64,000 nt of DNA from an uncultured cyanobacterium. Lineage in GTDB: Bacteria > Cyanobacteriota > Cyanobacteriia > Cyanobacteriales > Cyanobacteriaceae. Below the pieces are notes generated by a model. The model searched no databases and had not been told where the DNA came from. It worked only from the letters and a program-made list of their open reading frames with translations. The DNA lies in the NCBI GenBank assembly GCA_963749915.1, contig CAVVOP010000017.1, positions 1 to 64,000 of the forward strand. Reading direction: 5' to 3'. A program made the translations under genes and the position numbers. Shown here in pieces: positions 10,627 through 19,725 of the stretch (within the stretch, counting starts at the first letter, position 1; every line of letters starts with the position of its first letter).

Positions 10627-13317
10627 ATGATTTCTATAAAATACTGTCGTATATTAGCCTTCATCCTTTCAGTGTTATTAGGACTGTTTTCTAGTTTGTA
10701 CCTTTCAGCTTGGTCGAAGCCCTCAGTTCAGACCCAGAAGCCTTTACAACTTGTACAGGAAGGTCAACAACTTTACCAGGGGGGAAAATTCTCTCAAGCG
10801 GCCGAACTGTGGCAAGAAGCGGCTGATGCTTATGAGCAAGTCGGCGATAAGGAAGGTGTAACTAAGAGTCTTATCAATAAAGCTCAGGCTCTCCAAGATT
10901 TGGGATTGGCCCCCAAGGCTTGCAAAACTTTACTAGAAGCCTTTGGCGTTGAGAATCCAGACTGTACCTCGGAACAAGTTGCTCAACTCCTCAAAATACT
11001 CTCCCAACAGCGAAATTCCCTTTCTTTGAGCCAAGCTATTGGCTTGCGCAGTCTCGGCAACGTACGGCAACGACAGGGAATATTGGTGCAGTCTAAAGCC
11101 ATCTTGCAGTTGAGCCTCTCAATCCCGGAAAGTTCATCAGAGGCAAGTGCTACCCGGCTGAGTTTGGGCAACACCGAACAAGCCTTAGGCAACCAAATTC
11201 GCGATCGCTGGGACTACGAAGAAATTACAGCTATTATAGACAGAAAATCCCTGGAGGATGCCCTGGGAATTTACCAGGAAGCTTTCGATAACTATATTCA
11301 AGCCGCAAATCTGAAGTCTTCTCCTCCCCTTGCTCAAATTCAAGCCCAACTAAATCATTTTCGGTTATTATTAGAACTCCAACAATGGTGGTCTAGCCAA
11401 ACAAATAGGCGGATTGCTTCTTGGTCTAGACAAGGAGAATCTGACTTAATTGGGCGAGCAGAGGATTTCTTATCTGCTTTGGAATTGAGCTTAAGTGAAG
11501 ATCTAACTACTTTATCCTCTCAAATTGAGTCTGGGCTTACTGGCCTCCCACCCAGTCATGCAGCTGGTTACGCCCGCATTAATTTTGCCCACAGTTTAAT
11601 GCAGCTTCAGCAAACAGATAAAGTTAAATCTTTGTTAAAAACGGCACTACAAGAAGCGAGAACCTTGAAAGATCAGCGATCCGAAAGCTATGCCTTGGGT
11701 TATCTGGGCCAACTGTACGCAAAACAAGGTCAGTTAGCTGAGGCAACTAACCTGACTCAGCAAGCTTTGATGTTAGCTCAAGAACAGGATCTTAATGGCG
11801 ATGCCCGAGAAATTACCTATCTCTGGCAATCCCAATTAGGCCGTTTACGGAAACAACAAGGAGATAACCAAGGAGCGATGGCTTCTTATATGGCGGCATT
11901 TAACACCCTCCAATCCCTGCGTAACGATTTAAATGCAAATGCTAGTGATGTTCAGTTTGACTTTCTTCGGGAGGTCAAACCTGTTTATCTAGAGCTGGCC
12001 GATTTGCTGTTGCAATCGGATCTGAGTGAAAAAGAGCTAAATTCTCTTATCTTGTCTAATCCCAAAATGAGCCAGGAAAAGTCTGGGGCAAAAAGGTCGA
12101 AAAATCCTTTAGAGTTTGCTAGAAGGGTTATGGAATCATTGCAGCTGGCAGAATTAGATAATTTCTTTCAAGACCCCTGTTCCGAAGAAACTGATGTGAT
12201 CGTGGAGATAGGTGATATTGATGCTCAAGGGGCGGTTATCTATCCTTTTGTTTTGTCTGATCGCTTAGAATTGATCATTTCCTTGCCAGGAAAACCTCTG
12301 GGTCAAGCTTCTATTGCCATCGCCGAGACAGAAGTTAACGATACTCTCGATCAACTTTATGATTATTTAGATAACCTTACTGTTAACAACTCTGCTCGCA
12401 ATATTCTCTCAACTTCCAACCCAGATCCGCAAGAGTTAAAGGAGAACCTTCAGCAGATTTTGCCAATTTTATCGCAAATTTATGGTTGGTTAATTGAACC
12501 TGTTAAGGCAGAACTAGACAACGGGCAAATTAAACATTTAGTCTTCGTGCTTAATGGTAAATTACAGAGAATCCCCATGGCGGCTCTTTATGATGGTCAA
12601 CAGTATCTTATTGAGCAATATGGCATCAGTTTAATTCCCAGTTTGCAACTAATAAATCCCCAAAAATTGGCACAGGAAAGAATTAAAGTCCTAGCCGCTG
12701 GAGTCAGCGAGCAACTTAAGGTCGGAGACACAATTTTTCCCGCTCTGGTTAACGTCCCCAAAGAATTAGAGGAGATCAAGGAAGCTTTTCCCGCCTCGCA
12801 AAAGTTTCTCAACGAGCAGTTTACCCCAGCTACGATTGAAATTCAACTTCAATCTAATTTCCCCATTGTCCACCTAGCAACTCACGGCCAGTTTAGCTCC
12901 GATCCTGAAAAGAATTTTATTATTACAGGGGATGGGAACAAGATCGGTCTTAGGGAGTTGAGTACATTACTCAGGGCAAAAGACAATCGGAGTCTGGATT
13001 TATTGGTGTTGAGTGCCTGCGAAACCGCTACTGGCGACGAAAGAGCTGTCTTGGGCTTAGCCGGAATGGCTGTGCGTTCCGGGGCTCGTAGCACCTTAGC
13101 TACCCTCTGGCCAGTGGAAGATGCTTCAGCTACACAACTTATGGGGCAATTCTACCAACAGTTAAAACAAGGAAAGCCCAAATTAGATGCCCTCAGAACT
13201 GCTCAAATAAAGCTAATAGATTCTTTTCGGGTTAACCCTCCTTTCAAGGAACTTAAGGCTCTACCGCCTCATCCTTATTACTGGGCACCTTACGTTTTGG
13301 TAGGAAATTGGCAATAA
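10627..13317 (+). CDS. TPR + CHAT (caspase/HetF-like) protease with N-terminal signal or anchor
   Basis: TPR-like helices; IVHLATHGQF (catalytic His), LLVLSACETA (catalytic Cys), HPYYWAPYVLVGNW. Likely start is ATG 10627, followed by a hydrophobic segment. Confidence 0.92.
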   Translation: MISIKYCRILAFILSVLLGLFSSLYLSAWSKPSVQTQKPLQLVQEGQQLYQGGKFSQAAELWQEAADAYEQVGDKEGVTKSLINKAQALQDLGLAPKACKTLLEAFGVENPDCTSEQVAQLLKILSQQRNSLSLSQAIGLRSLGNVRQRQGILVQSKAILQLSLSIPESSSEASATRLSLGNTEQALGNQIRDRWDYEEITAIIDRKSLEDALGIYQEAFDNYIQAANLKSSPPLAQIQAQLNHFRLLLELQQWWSSQTNRRIASWSRQGESDLIGRAEDFLSALELSLSEDLTTLSSQIESGLTGLPPSHAAGYARINFAHSLMQLQQTDKVKSLLKTALQEARTLKDQRSESYALGYLGQLYAKQGQLAEATNLTQQALMLAQEQDLNGDAREITYLWQSQLGRLRKQQGDNQGAMASYMAAFNTLQSLRNDLNANASDVQFDFLREVKPVYLELADLLLQSDLSEKELNSLILSNPKMSQEKSGAKRSKNPLEFARRVMESLQLAELDNFFQDPCSEETDVIVEIGDIDAQGAVIYPFVLSDRLELIISLPGKPLGQASIAIAETEVNDTLDQLYDYLDNLTVNNSARNILSTSNPDPQELKENLQQILPILSQIYGWLIEPVKAELDNGQIKHLVFVLNGKLQRIPMAALYDGQQYLIEQYGISLIPSLQLINPQKLAQERIKVLAAGVSEQLKVGDTIFPALVNVPKELEEIKEAFPASQKFLNEQFTPATIEIQLQSNFPIVHLATHGQFSSDPEKNFIITGDGNKIGLRELSTLLRAKDNRSLDLLVLSACETATGDERAVLGLAGMAVRSGARSTLATLWPVEDASATQLMGQFYQQLKQGKPKLDALRTAQIKLIDSFRVNPPFKELKALPPHPYYWAPYVLVGNWQ

Positions 13318-13402
13318 CCTAGCCTAAATTATTCATGAGAAGACTGAGAATAAGATTAAAACCTTATTCGAAGAAGGAACAGATCTTCGACATTGGGATT
13401 GG

Positions 13403-14311
13403 TTGCTGCTTTCGGGGGTAGCAACCTTTGTTGTGGGAATTAAATTGGCACAACAAACTCCTAGGAAATGGACAACCATGCTAACTCGTCTAGCTAATCG
13501 GGGAACATTAGCTTTAGATTCACAAGCTTTGGAGCAATTGAAAGTCAATCTCGAAAGGCGATCTCAACTATGGGCTAAACAAGGTAGTTTAGTTGCTTCA
13601 ACAGCAATCATCTTAGCATTTCTGGGATCTTCCGGTTTCACTAAAATTCCCCTAATGATTCTCGAAGGATTAGGTGGATATATTGCCGGTCGATATTTGG
13701 GACGAATGGCTTCTTATGGAACTCTCAGCCAAGTCTTAAGGCAAAATGAATGGCATTTAAGGTTGCAACCAGGTCATATAGACAAAGTCGGGGGTATCAA
13801 ACCCTTGGGAGATTTTTATTTCTGGCAGGCTATGGTAACAGCAATTCCGGCCGCCTTCCTGGCAATTTGGTGGGTTATCATCCCTCTGCTACCTAGGTAT
13901 CAATCATGGCGACAGTCTTACCTGGGACTGCTGGCAGTTGCCATTTTTTTTGAGCTCTTAGCCTTTATCATTCCCCTTTGGCTATTTCATTTAGACATGG
14001 AGGCGGAAAAGTTAAGATTGATCAAAAAAGCGGATGAGTACTCCTATATCATCTCCGAACTCCGTTCTCAACTACTAGAGGTAACAAGCAAAACACAAGA
14101 AGAGCAACTTCAGCAGTCTCTCTCTAAATTAAGCCAACGGTATTGGGATATTGAACAAATGCCGACTTGGCCCATAGATGCTAGTATTCGGCGTCGCTTT
14201 ACTCTCAATAATTTAGCACTATTCCTACCCTTAATAGGTCAACTGGTGGGTAACTCACAGATCTGGAACAGTTTGGAGAAAATAATCGATGGTCTTGTAA
14301 GCAACCAATAA
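13403..14311 (+). CDS. Multi-pass membrane protein of unknown function, possibly 5'-truncated
   Basis: Several hydrophobic segments, motifs PGHIDKVGGIKPLGDF and MPTWPID; no ATG start, and the frame stays open upstream to a stop inside the left inverted repeat. Confidence 0.7.
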   Translation: MLLSGVATFVVGIKLAQQTPRKWTTMLTRLANRGTLALDSQALEQLKVNLERRSQLWAKQGSLVASTAIILAFLGSSGFTKIPLMILEGLGGYIAGRYLGRMASYGTLSQVLRQNEWHLRLQPGHIDKVGGIKPLGDFYFWQAMVTAIPAAFLAIWWVIIPLLPRYQSWRQSYLGLLAVAIFFELLAFIIPLWLFHLDMEAEKLRLIKKADEYSYIISELRSQLLEVTSKTQEEQLQQSLSKLSQRYWDIEQMPTWPIDASIRRRFTLNNLALFLPLIGQLVGNSQIWNSLEKIIDGLVSNQ

Positions 14312-14510
14312 GGCGGGGTAAATAAGAAAGGAGAGAATTTAATTTGAATAAGCAAATGAACTCTAATGTTTACAGATTAAAATGTTTGCTCACATTTAAT
14401 CTTACTGTTGTTAGATTATTTAAATTCAATGCCCATGATTTATGTTTAATAATATCAGTGGTGTAAAGATTCAGAACGATTATTTAAGTATCAATACTCC
14501 TGAATTCTAT

Positions 14511-14543
14511 CTCCTGTCTCCTGTCTCCTGTCTCCTGTTTCCT
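14511..14543. repeat. Heptamer tandem repeat (CTCCTGT)n, STRR-like
   Basis: CTCCTGT x4 followed by a degenerate copy. Confidence 0.8.
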
Positions 14544-14639
14544 ATCCTTACGAAATAATCTTAAACAAAACTCACGTTAAATATAAGTTGAGTCTGACTC
14601 ACGCAGGAGTCAGTTTTTATTTTCAAGTTAGTTTTCTCT

Positions 14640-16139
14640 TTACTGAATTTTGGCTCCGATATGGATAGCAGCGGCACTCATGGATGGTAAGAAAATGTTA
14701 GCTTCGCCCTGCTGATTGACCGTGATTGGTTCGCCACTGCATCCAGTGCCGTTATCGATTAGGTCGCCATCAATGACGTTGCAGTATAGGCCTTCAGGAA
14801 GACTAGTCTGAAAGGTTCGACTCAAGCTATTTCCTTCTCGGTTGATGGCCACGAAGCCTTTATCACCACGACCAAAAGCAATCTGGTTGTTACCGTTTGT
14901 CCACCAGTCGCTCACAAAGAAATTATCAGCTGTATAGTTGTGGAAGGCCACCATGTTGGCGATGGGTCTCCAGCGATGTTCGCATTTCCATTCTTTAAAG
15001 CAATTGGGCTCGCCATCTACATAAATATCGTTGGTGTTACCCGCACTATCAGAAGGGGGACCTTGATTACCATCCCTGAATTCGTAGCTAGACATAATCC
15101 TTGGGTAACCGTAGGGCCAAGCCAGCATGAAAACGTTGGTTAAGTCGTAAAGGGTACCATCTTTATGGGTAATAATATGGCCACCTCCCCCATGGCCTCG
15201 CTGATTGTCGTGGTTATCGACAAAGACAACAGCATTGATGCTCGGCATAAATCCCCATGCTTCGCCAAATTTTTCCAGCCAGGCTAATTTACCATTAAAG
15301 AAAGTCTCACTAATTTTGACGCTGTATTTAAATTCAGTTACGTCGCCATTCTGGAAGTACTCATTGGCGGTGATTGGTTCGCCACCTTGATCAATGACTT
15401 CCTGGTAAATGTAGGGGTTTCCTTTTAAACGACTGATAATGGCCTGAATATCACCAGTACTCATGTGCTTAGAGGCATCCAGACGAAAGCCGGCAACGCC
15501 TAAATCGATCAGATCGTTCAGGTAGTTAGCAATTTTGCCCTGCACATAGTCAGAACTGGTATTGAGATCAGCCAGATTGACCAACTCGCAGTTCTGGACT
15601 TCCCAGGGATCACCATAGTTTTGAATGTCGTCATTTCCATGGCGGCCACAATGGTGAAAGTCCCAAGGGGCATAAAGACCAGGATAGTCATAGGGTTGAT
15701 AGGGGGAGCCAGCATACCCAGTTCCACTGCCTACACCAGTCATGTGATTGATAACGGCATCGACATAGACATCAACACCAGCGGCCTTACAACGGCTTAC
15801 CATGTCAGCAAATTCAGCACGTGTTCCACTGCGACTTTCAATCTGGTAGCTGACTGGCTGATAGCGTTGATACCAGGGAAAATTGTCGACAACGGCATGC
15901 TCATTGGGTGGAGAGACTTGCACTGCGGCAAAGCCTTTTGGTCCGAGAAAGCTTTCGCATTCTTGAGCAATATCTGGCCATTTCCATTCAAATAAATGGA
16001 CGGCGACAGTTCTGGGGGGAAGTTTTTGGGCTGCTGCCACAGGTGCCCAAAAGATTGAGCTACAAACAAACCAAAAAATGGCCAACGGTACAATCAAAAT
16101 AACAGATAGACGCGGTCTAAGCTTGTAAGTTATAGGCAT
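14640..16139 (-). CDS. Secreted alpha-amylase (GH13, animal/Actinobacteria/Alteromonas-like type)
   Basis: VHLFEWKW, VQVSPPNEH, RYQPVSY, DAVINH, GFRLDASKH (nucleophile Asp), YQEVID (Glu), FVDNHDNQRGHGGGG, CEHRW; signal peptide if started at ATG 16139 (ORF track start is 16241). Confidence 0.93.
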   Translation of the reverse strand: MPITYKLRPRLSVILIVPLAIFWFVCSSIFWAPVAAAQKLPPRTVAVHLFEWKWPDIAQECESFLGPKGFAAVQVSPPNEHAVVDNFPWYQRYQPVSYQIESRSGTRAEFADMVSRCKAAGVDVYVDAVINHMTGVGSGTGYAGSPYQPYDYPGLYAPWDFHHCGRHGNDDIQNYGDPWEVQNCELVNLADLNTSSDYVQGKIANYLNDLIDLGVAGFRLDASKHMSTGDIQAIISRLKGNPYIYQEVIDQGGEPITANEYFQNGDVTEFKYSVKISETFFNGKLAWLEKFGEAWGFMPSINAVVFVDNHDNQRGHGGGGHIITHKDGTLYDLTNVFMLAWPYGYPRIMSSYEFRDGNQGPPSDSAGNTNDIYVDGEPNCFKEWKCEHRWRPIANMVAFHNYTADNFFVSDWWTNGNNQIAFGRGDKGFVAINREGNSLSRTFQTSLPEGLYCNVIDGDLIDNGTGCSGEPITVNQQGEANIFLPSMSAAAIHIGAKIQ

Positions 16140-16359
16140 ACATATTAGAATTACAAAAGGACAGGTGAAAAATGACCGTAAGGGGGATAAGATAGCGTAT
16201 CTCAAAAAGAATTTAGTGAATCTCTGTTCTATTTTACTCATTGTTCGCTTATTTGAAAAAGTAAAAAGGGGAGTAGTTTAACCCGAATCACTGGCTAAGT
16301 TAGTATAAATATACTCTGGTACTTTCATCAAACCTAATATCTGTTTTTGCAACATATTC

Positions 16360-16586
16360 AATGCCGATATTTTAATGTTAGAAATTCCTGTAGTGCAGAG
16401 GAAACAAGGTTAGAAAAGGCACAAGTTTCAAGAATAAGAGAAACCCTAATAAAAATCGGGGTAAAAGTGACAGTTTCAGGGAGAAGAATTTTGGTAGAAT
16501 TAGCAAATTATTGTGCTTTTAAGGAGGAAATAAAAATCATAGTACAAAGACTTTTGACAGGCGGACAACTAATTTTTTGTTCATGA
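16360..16586 (+). pseudogene. IS1380-family transposase C-terminal remnant, frameshifted
   Basis: ILMLEI in one frame, then AEETRLEKAQVSRIRETLIKIGVKVTVSGRRILVELANYCAF in another, resembling IS1380 transposase C-termini; ends inside the terminal inverted repeat. Confidence 0.75.
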
Positions 16587-16707
16587 ATAATTCAGGCTAG
16601 AGAAACGAAAAACGGGCTTTTTACCTCCCTTGTCTTGTAAACACCGAAAAGTAAAAAACCTACACCTGTGAGATTTGAGAAGGATTTTTGGCTGTCGGAT
16701 ACTTCGT

Positions 16708-18861
16708 TTATTCACTCATCTTTTTTGCCTCTACTGCCGCTTGATAATCTGGTTTCAGCTTAAGAGCCTCATCAAAGGCAGCGATCGCTTCTTGGTCTTT
16801 GGATAGGTTGAGGAGGCTTAAACCCAGATAGTACCAAATTTCAGCCTTTTGAGCCTTAGATAGCTGTGGATTATTCAGTATCTGGTTAAAGTTGGCAACT
16901 GCTTCATCAGAACGCATTAGTTTCTGCAACACGATGCCCCGGTCTCGCTGGGCAGTAAAGTAATCAGGAACATACTTTAACGCTTGGTCATAAGCTTGCA
17001 GAGCTCTTTCGTATTCTTGGTTGTGCCAGAGGATTTTGCCTTTATAGGTGAAAGCAACAGATAGCTTGTTATTTTTTTCCTTCTCTTGTATATCATTAGC
17101 TGAGTCTAAAAGCCCAATAGCTTGATTAATTACTGCTAGTGCTTGATCATTTTGTTCAAGGGTAAGGAGAGATTCCGCTTTATTAATCCAGAAAAGGGAA
17201 TTTTTCGGTTCCAGGGCGATGGCTTTGTCAAAGGCAGCAATGGCTTTTTCGTATTGTTTCAAATTATATAGTGCTTCTCCCTGACAATTCCAAGCATAAA
17301 CAGCTTGGGTTTCAATAATTGTCGCTGAAGTACACGAATCCAGCATTTTCTGATATTCCTTGAGCCCAGCGAAGGCATAACCCCGATTAGTCCAAGCTTC
17401 ATAGTAATTGGCATTAATTTTTAAGACCTGATTATATTTAGCGATCGCTTCTTGATAAATTCCCTGAACAAATAACTCATTGCCTTCTTGAAAAATTTTT
17501 GTTTCCCGGCTACGGGTGAAGAACTTAAAAATAATCAGGCTAGCACCCAAAACAATGACAGCAATTATAATCCATTTGGTCTTTTTCTTCCCTCGATTGT
17601 CGGGGAGAGGTTCTATTCTAGTAGCTTCAATGGATAAAATAGGTTCTTCTTCAACGGCAGGACTGTTTACTAACTTGGATGACTGCATTATTTTAACCAA
17701 CTGTTCCTCTACCCAAGTTGAATTGAAAACGGCTGGGTAGATGCGGTTAGCCATCTTCAACTTGCCTGCCCGTTTGGTAATTAACCCCAAATTGATTAAC
17801 TCGTTTTCTTCCGGGGAATCCTCCGCCAACACTTCTGTCTTCTCTAAAATTTCCCGATATCGTCTCAGTAGATGGAAAGGATTACACCGCTGATTATGTA
17901 GCCAGCGATCGCGAATCTCTTTTAGGTGATTGCTGGCCCCCCGAGTTTCCCAATTATCAACAATGCGAGTTTGCACAACCTGTTTAACCTGCTCAGCTTC
18001 CTTTCCAGGGGGAATAAATAATTCAGATTCATGAAGCAGTTGCACGAGCTTTTGGAGAAGAAAGGGTTGATGCCCTGTCCATAAAAGTATCTCTGTAAGT
18101 AATCGGTAAGGTAAGCTCGCCTTTTCATCTAATTTCAGGAATTTAAGCTTAATTTTGCCATAAGGGTCTAAATGTGCCAATTCTTGATCCAGCCAAAAGG
18201 GATTGAATACGGCTTGGTAAATAGGTTTAGCCTTTAATTTGTCTTGATGCTTAATGGCCAATCTCAATTTTAGTAATTCTGCTTGTTCTTCAGAGTTATC
18301 AGCGGGGACTTCTCCCCGTAGCAAAATTTGCTGGTACAGACTTAGCAACGAAAAAGGACTACATTGTTTGTTATTAAGAAGGTTCTTGCGTAAAGTTTCC
18401 AAAGGGTCAGAGAGATTGTAGCCAGTTTTGCTCTTAAGAGTGGAATTTGCCCGCCAATTCAATGGGCGTTCGGGAGGCAGATACTTCAAAAAAAACTCGA
18501 TGGTGGATGACTTAAGCCACCCGTTGAGGACAGCTAATTCCCCAAACCTCAATCGTAGTTGTGTCCGCCGTTGCTGGGCAAGGATCGCACCGATTTGTTT
18601 CTCATTCAATAGGGCCGCTTCTTTGAGATGCTGACCCAATGGTTGTTTTGATTTCTGGCTGAGTAATTTTGGCCAATGCTCAGCAAAAAAATTGGCTGTT
18701 TCCCGCTTGATCCATCCCCGCAATACTAAGATTTCACCGATTTTTATCTTGTTGTTAGATTGTGCCTGTTGTCTTAGAGCCATCTTTATCTGTGAAGCTG
18801 AAACTAGGTCAGCCTCTTGCAAAATTGAACCTAGGGGCTTGACACGGGAGATATTGTACAT
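16708..18861 (-). CDS. Membrane-anchored TPR protein with N-terminal MshEN-like repeats and a duplicated AAA_35-associated helical domain
   Basis: KPLGSILQEADLV..QI..AL.QQ / KIGEILVLRGWI unit present twice; two copies of L..Y..IL...EV.A..S.E..EL..L.L.......IY.AVFN..W; TM segment WIIIAVIVLGASLIIFKFF; about 7 TPRs. Confidence 0.8.
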   Translation of the reverse strand: MYNISRVKPLGSILQEADLVSASQIKMALRQQAQSNNKIKIGEILVLRGWIKRETANFFAEHWPKLLSQKSKQPLGQHLKEAALLNEKQIGAILAQQRRTQLRLRFGELAVLNGWLKSSTIEFFLKYLPPERPLNWRANSTLKSKTGYNLSDPLETLRKNLLNNKQCSPFSLLSLYQQILLRGEVPADNSEEQAELLKLRLAIKHQDKLKAKPIYQAVFNPFWLDQELAHLDPYGKIKLKFLKLDEKASLPYRLLTEILLWTGHQPFLLQKLVQLLHESELFIPPGKEAEQVKQVVQTRIVDNWETRGASNHLKEIRDRWLHNQRCNPFHLLRRYREILEKTEVLAEDSPEENELINLGLITKRAGKLKMANRIYPAVFNSTWVEEQLVKIMQSSKLVNSPAVEEEPILSIEATRIEPLPDNRGKKKTKWIIIAVIVLGASLIIFKFFTRSRETKIFQEGNELFVQGIYQEAIAKYNQVLKINANYYEAWTNRGYAFAGLKEYQKMLDSCTSATIIETQAVYAWNCQGEALYNLKQYEKAIAAFDKAIALEPKNSLFWINKAESLLTLEQNDQALAVINQAIGLLDSANDIQEKEKNNKLSVAFTYKGKILWHNQEYERALQAYDQALKYVPDYFTAQRDRGIVLQKLMRSDEAVANFNQILNNPQLSKAQKAEIWYYLGLSLLNLSKDQEAIAAFDEALKLKPDYQAAVEAKKMSE

Positions 18862-18992
18862 AGAGCAAAATTGTTATACTAATGTCAAAATAAGATTGCT
18901 ACGGTAAAAATAACTAACTAATACTCAAATAAAATCTCCTTCACCAACATGTTTAAATTATAATTTGTTTTAATTGAATACTGACAAAAAAA

Positions 18993-19364
18993 TTAATTGT
19001 TGTACATTTGCCATGTCCTGATACCAGCTTTTAAACCAACCCAAAAACTACGACTTTTAATCTGGGCATTTTCTACTTGTTTTTTAGCAGTAACTAGACT
19101 ACGATCGATTTGTTTAACCGCACCAGAAGCACTTTTCACCCCTTCTTTCATTTCGCCACTTAATTCCGTTAATTCGATATTTGTGGATTTTATGGCTTCT
19201 AAAGTGTTGGGAAATTCTCTATTTAAAGTATCAAATAGTTTTTCAGCGCTACGTGCAGCACGACTTAATTCTTGGGCAACAGGTATTAAAGTAATTAGTA
19301 CAGCCGTCAAGCTGATAGACACCAGACAAAGAGAAAATCCTAGCAAAAAAATAGGTTCAGTCAT
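18993..19364 (-). CDS. DUF948/YoxC-like membrane-anchored coiled-coil protein
   Basis: N-terminal TM, ELSRAARSAEKLFDTL; paired with a YtxH-like gene. Confidence 0.7.
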   Translation of the reverse strand: MTEPIFLLGFSLCLVSISLTAVLITLIPVAQELSRAARSAEKLFDTLNREFPNTLEAIKSTNIELTELSGEMKEGVKSASGAVKQIDRSLVTAKKQVENAQIKSRSFWVGLKAGIRTWQMYNN

Positions 19365-19375
19365 AATAGTTATTT

Positions 19376-19678
19376 TTACTTATCATCTAGGTTAACTTGA
19401 TTTTGACTTGCTTCTACCCCTGCGGCGACAGCAATTTTGAGACGATCAAGGGTATTATCCCATTTTTTTAAGGCAGATTGAGACAGACGGCGACGATTAA
19501 CTTTGAGAGTGGAAGAAAAATCTTGAGCCATTTCTGGTAATGCCTGAGCGGTTTTTTTAAATAATTGCCGATTTTCTGAGCCATTACGGGGAGAAAGTAA
19601 AAGAGTGGCCACCGTGGCGATACCACTACCGATAACTAACCCGACAATAAAATTACTGTTTTTTTGATCTTGACTCAT
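19376..19678 (-). CDS. YtxH-domain protein
   Basis: FIVGLVIGSGIATVATLLLSPRNGSENR motif. Confidence 0.85.
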   Translation of the reverse strand: MSQDQKNSNFIVGLVIGSGIATVATLLLSPRNGSENRQLFKKTAQALPEMAQDFSSTLKVNRRRLSQSALKKWDNTLDRLKIAVAAGVEASQNQVNLDDK

Positions 19679-19725
19679 GAAAAATTCCCCTTCTTATTGG
19701 CTTTTGAATTATTAAATAGAAGTTT

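Larger units (their letters stand above)
13323..16596. mobile_element. IS1380-end-bounded cargo element (non-autonomous transposon-like)
   Basis: CCTAAATTATTCATGA (13323-13338) and TCATGAATAATTCAGG (16581-16596) are inverted repeats matching at 15/16, each flanked outside by CTAG (13319-13322, 16597-16600); an IS1380-like transposase remnant abuts the right repeat. Confidence 0.75.

Noticed and set aside
14450..14615. Possible MITE end (AACTCACGTTAA) and hairpin CTGACTC/GAGTCAG
   Set aside because: No partner inverted repeat found; the hairpin could be a terminator, but its orientation is unclear
16281..16305. Possible additional IS end (ACCCGAATCACTGGCTAAGTTAG)
   Set aside because: No matching second end seen in the window
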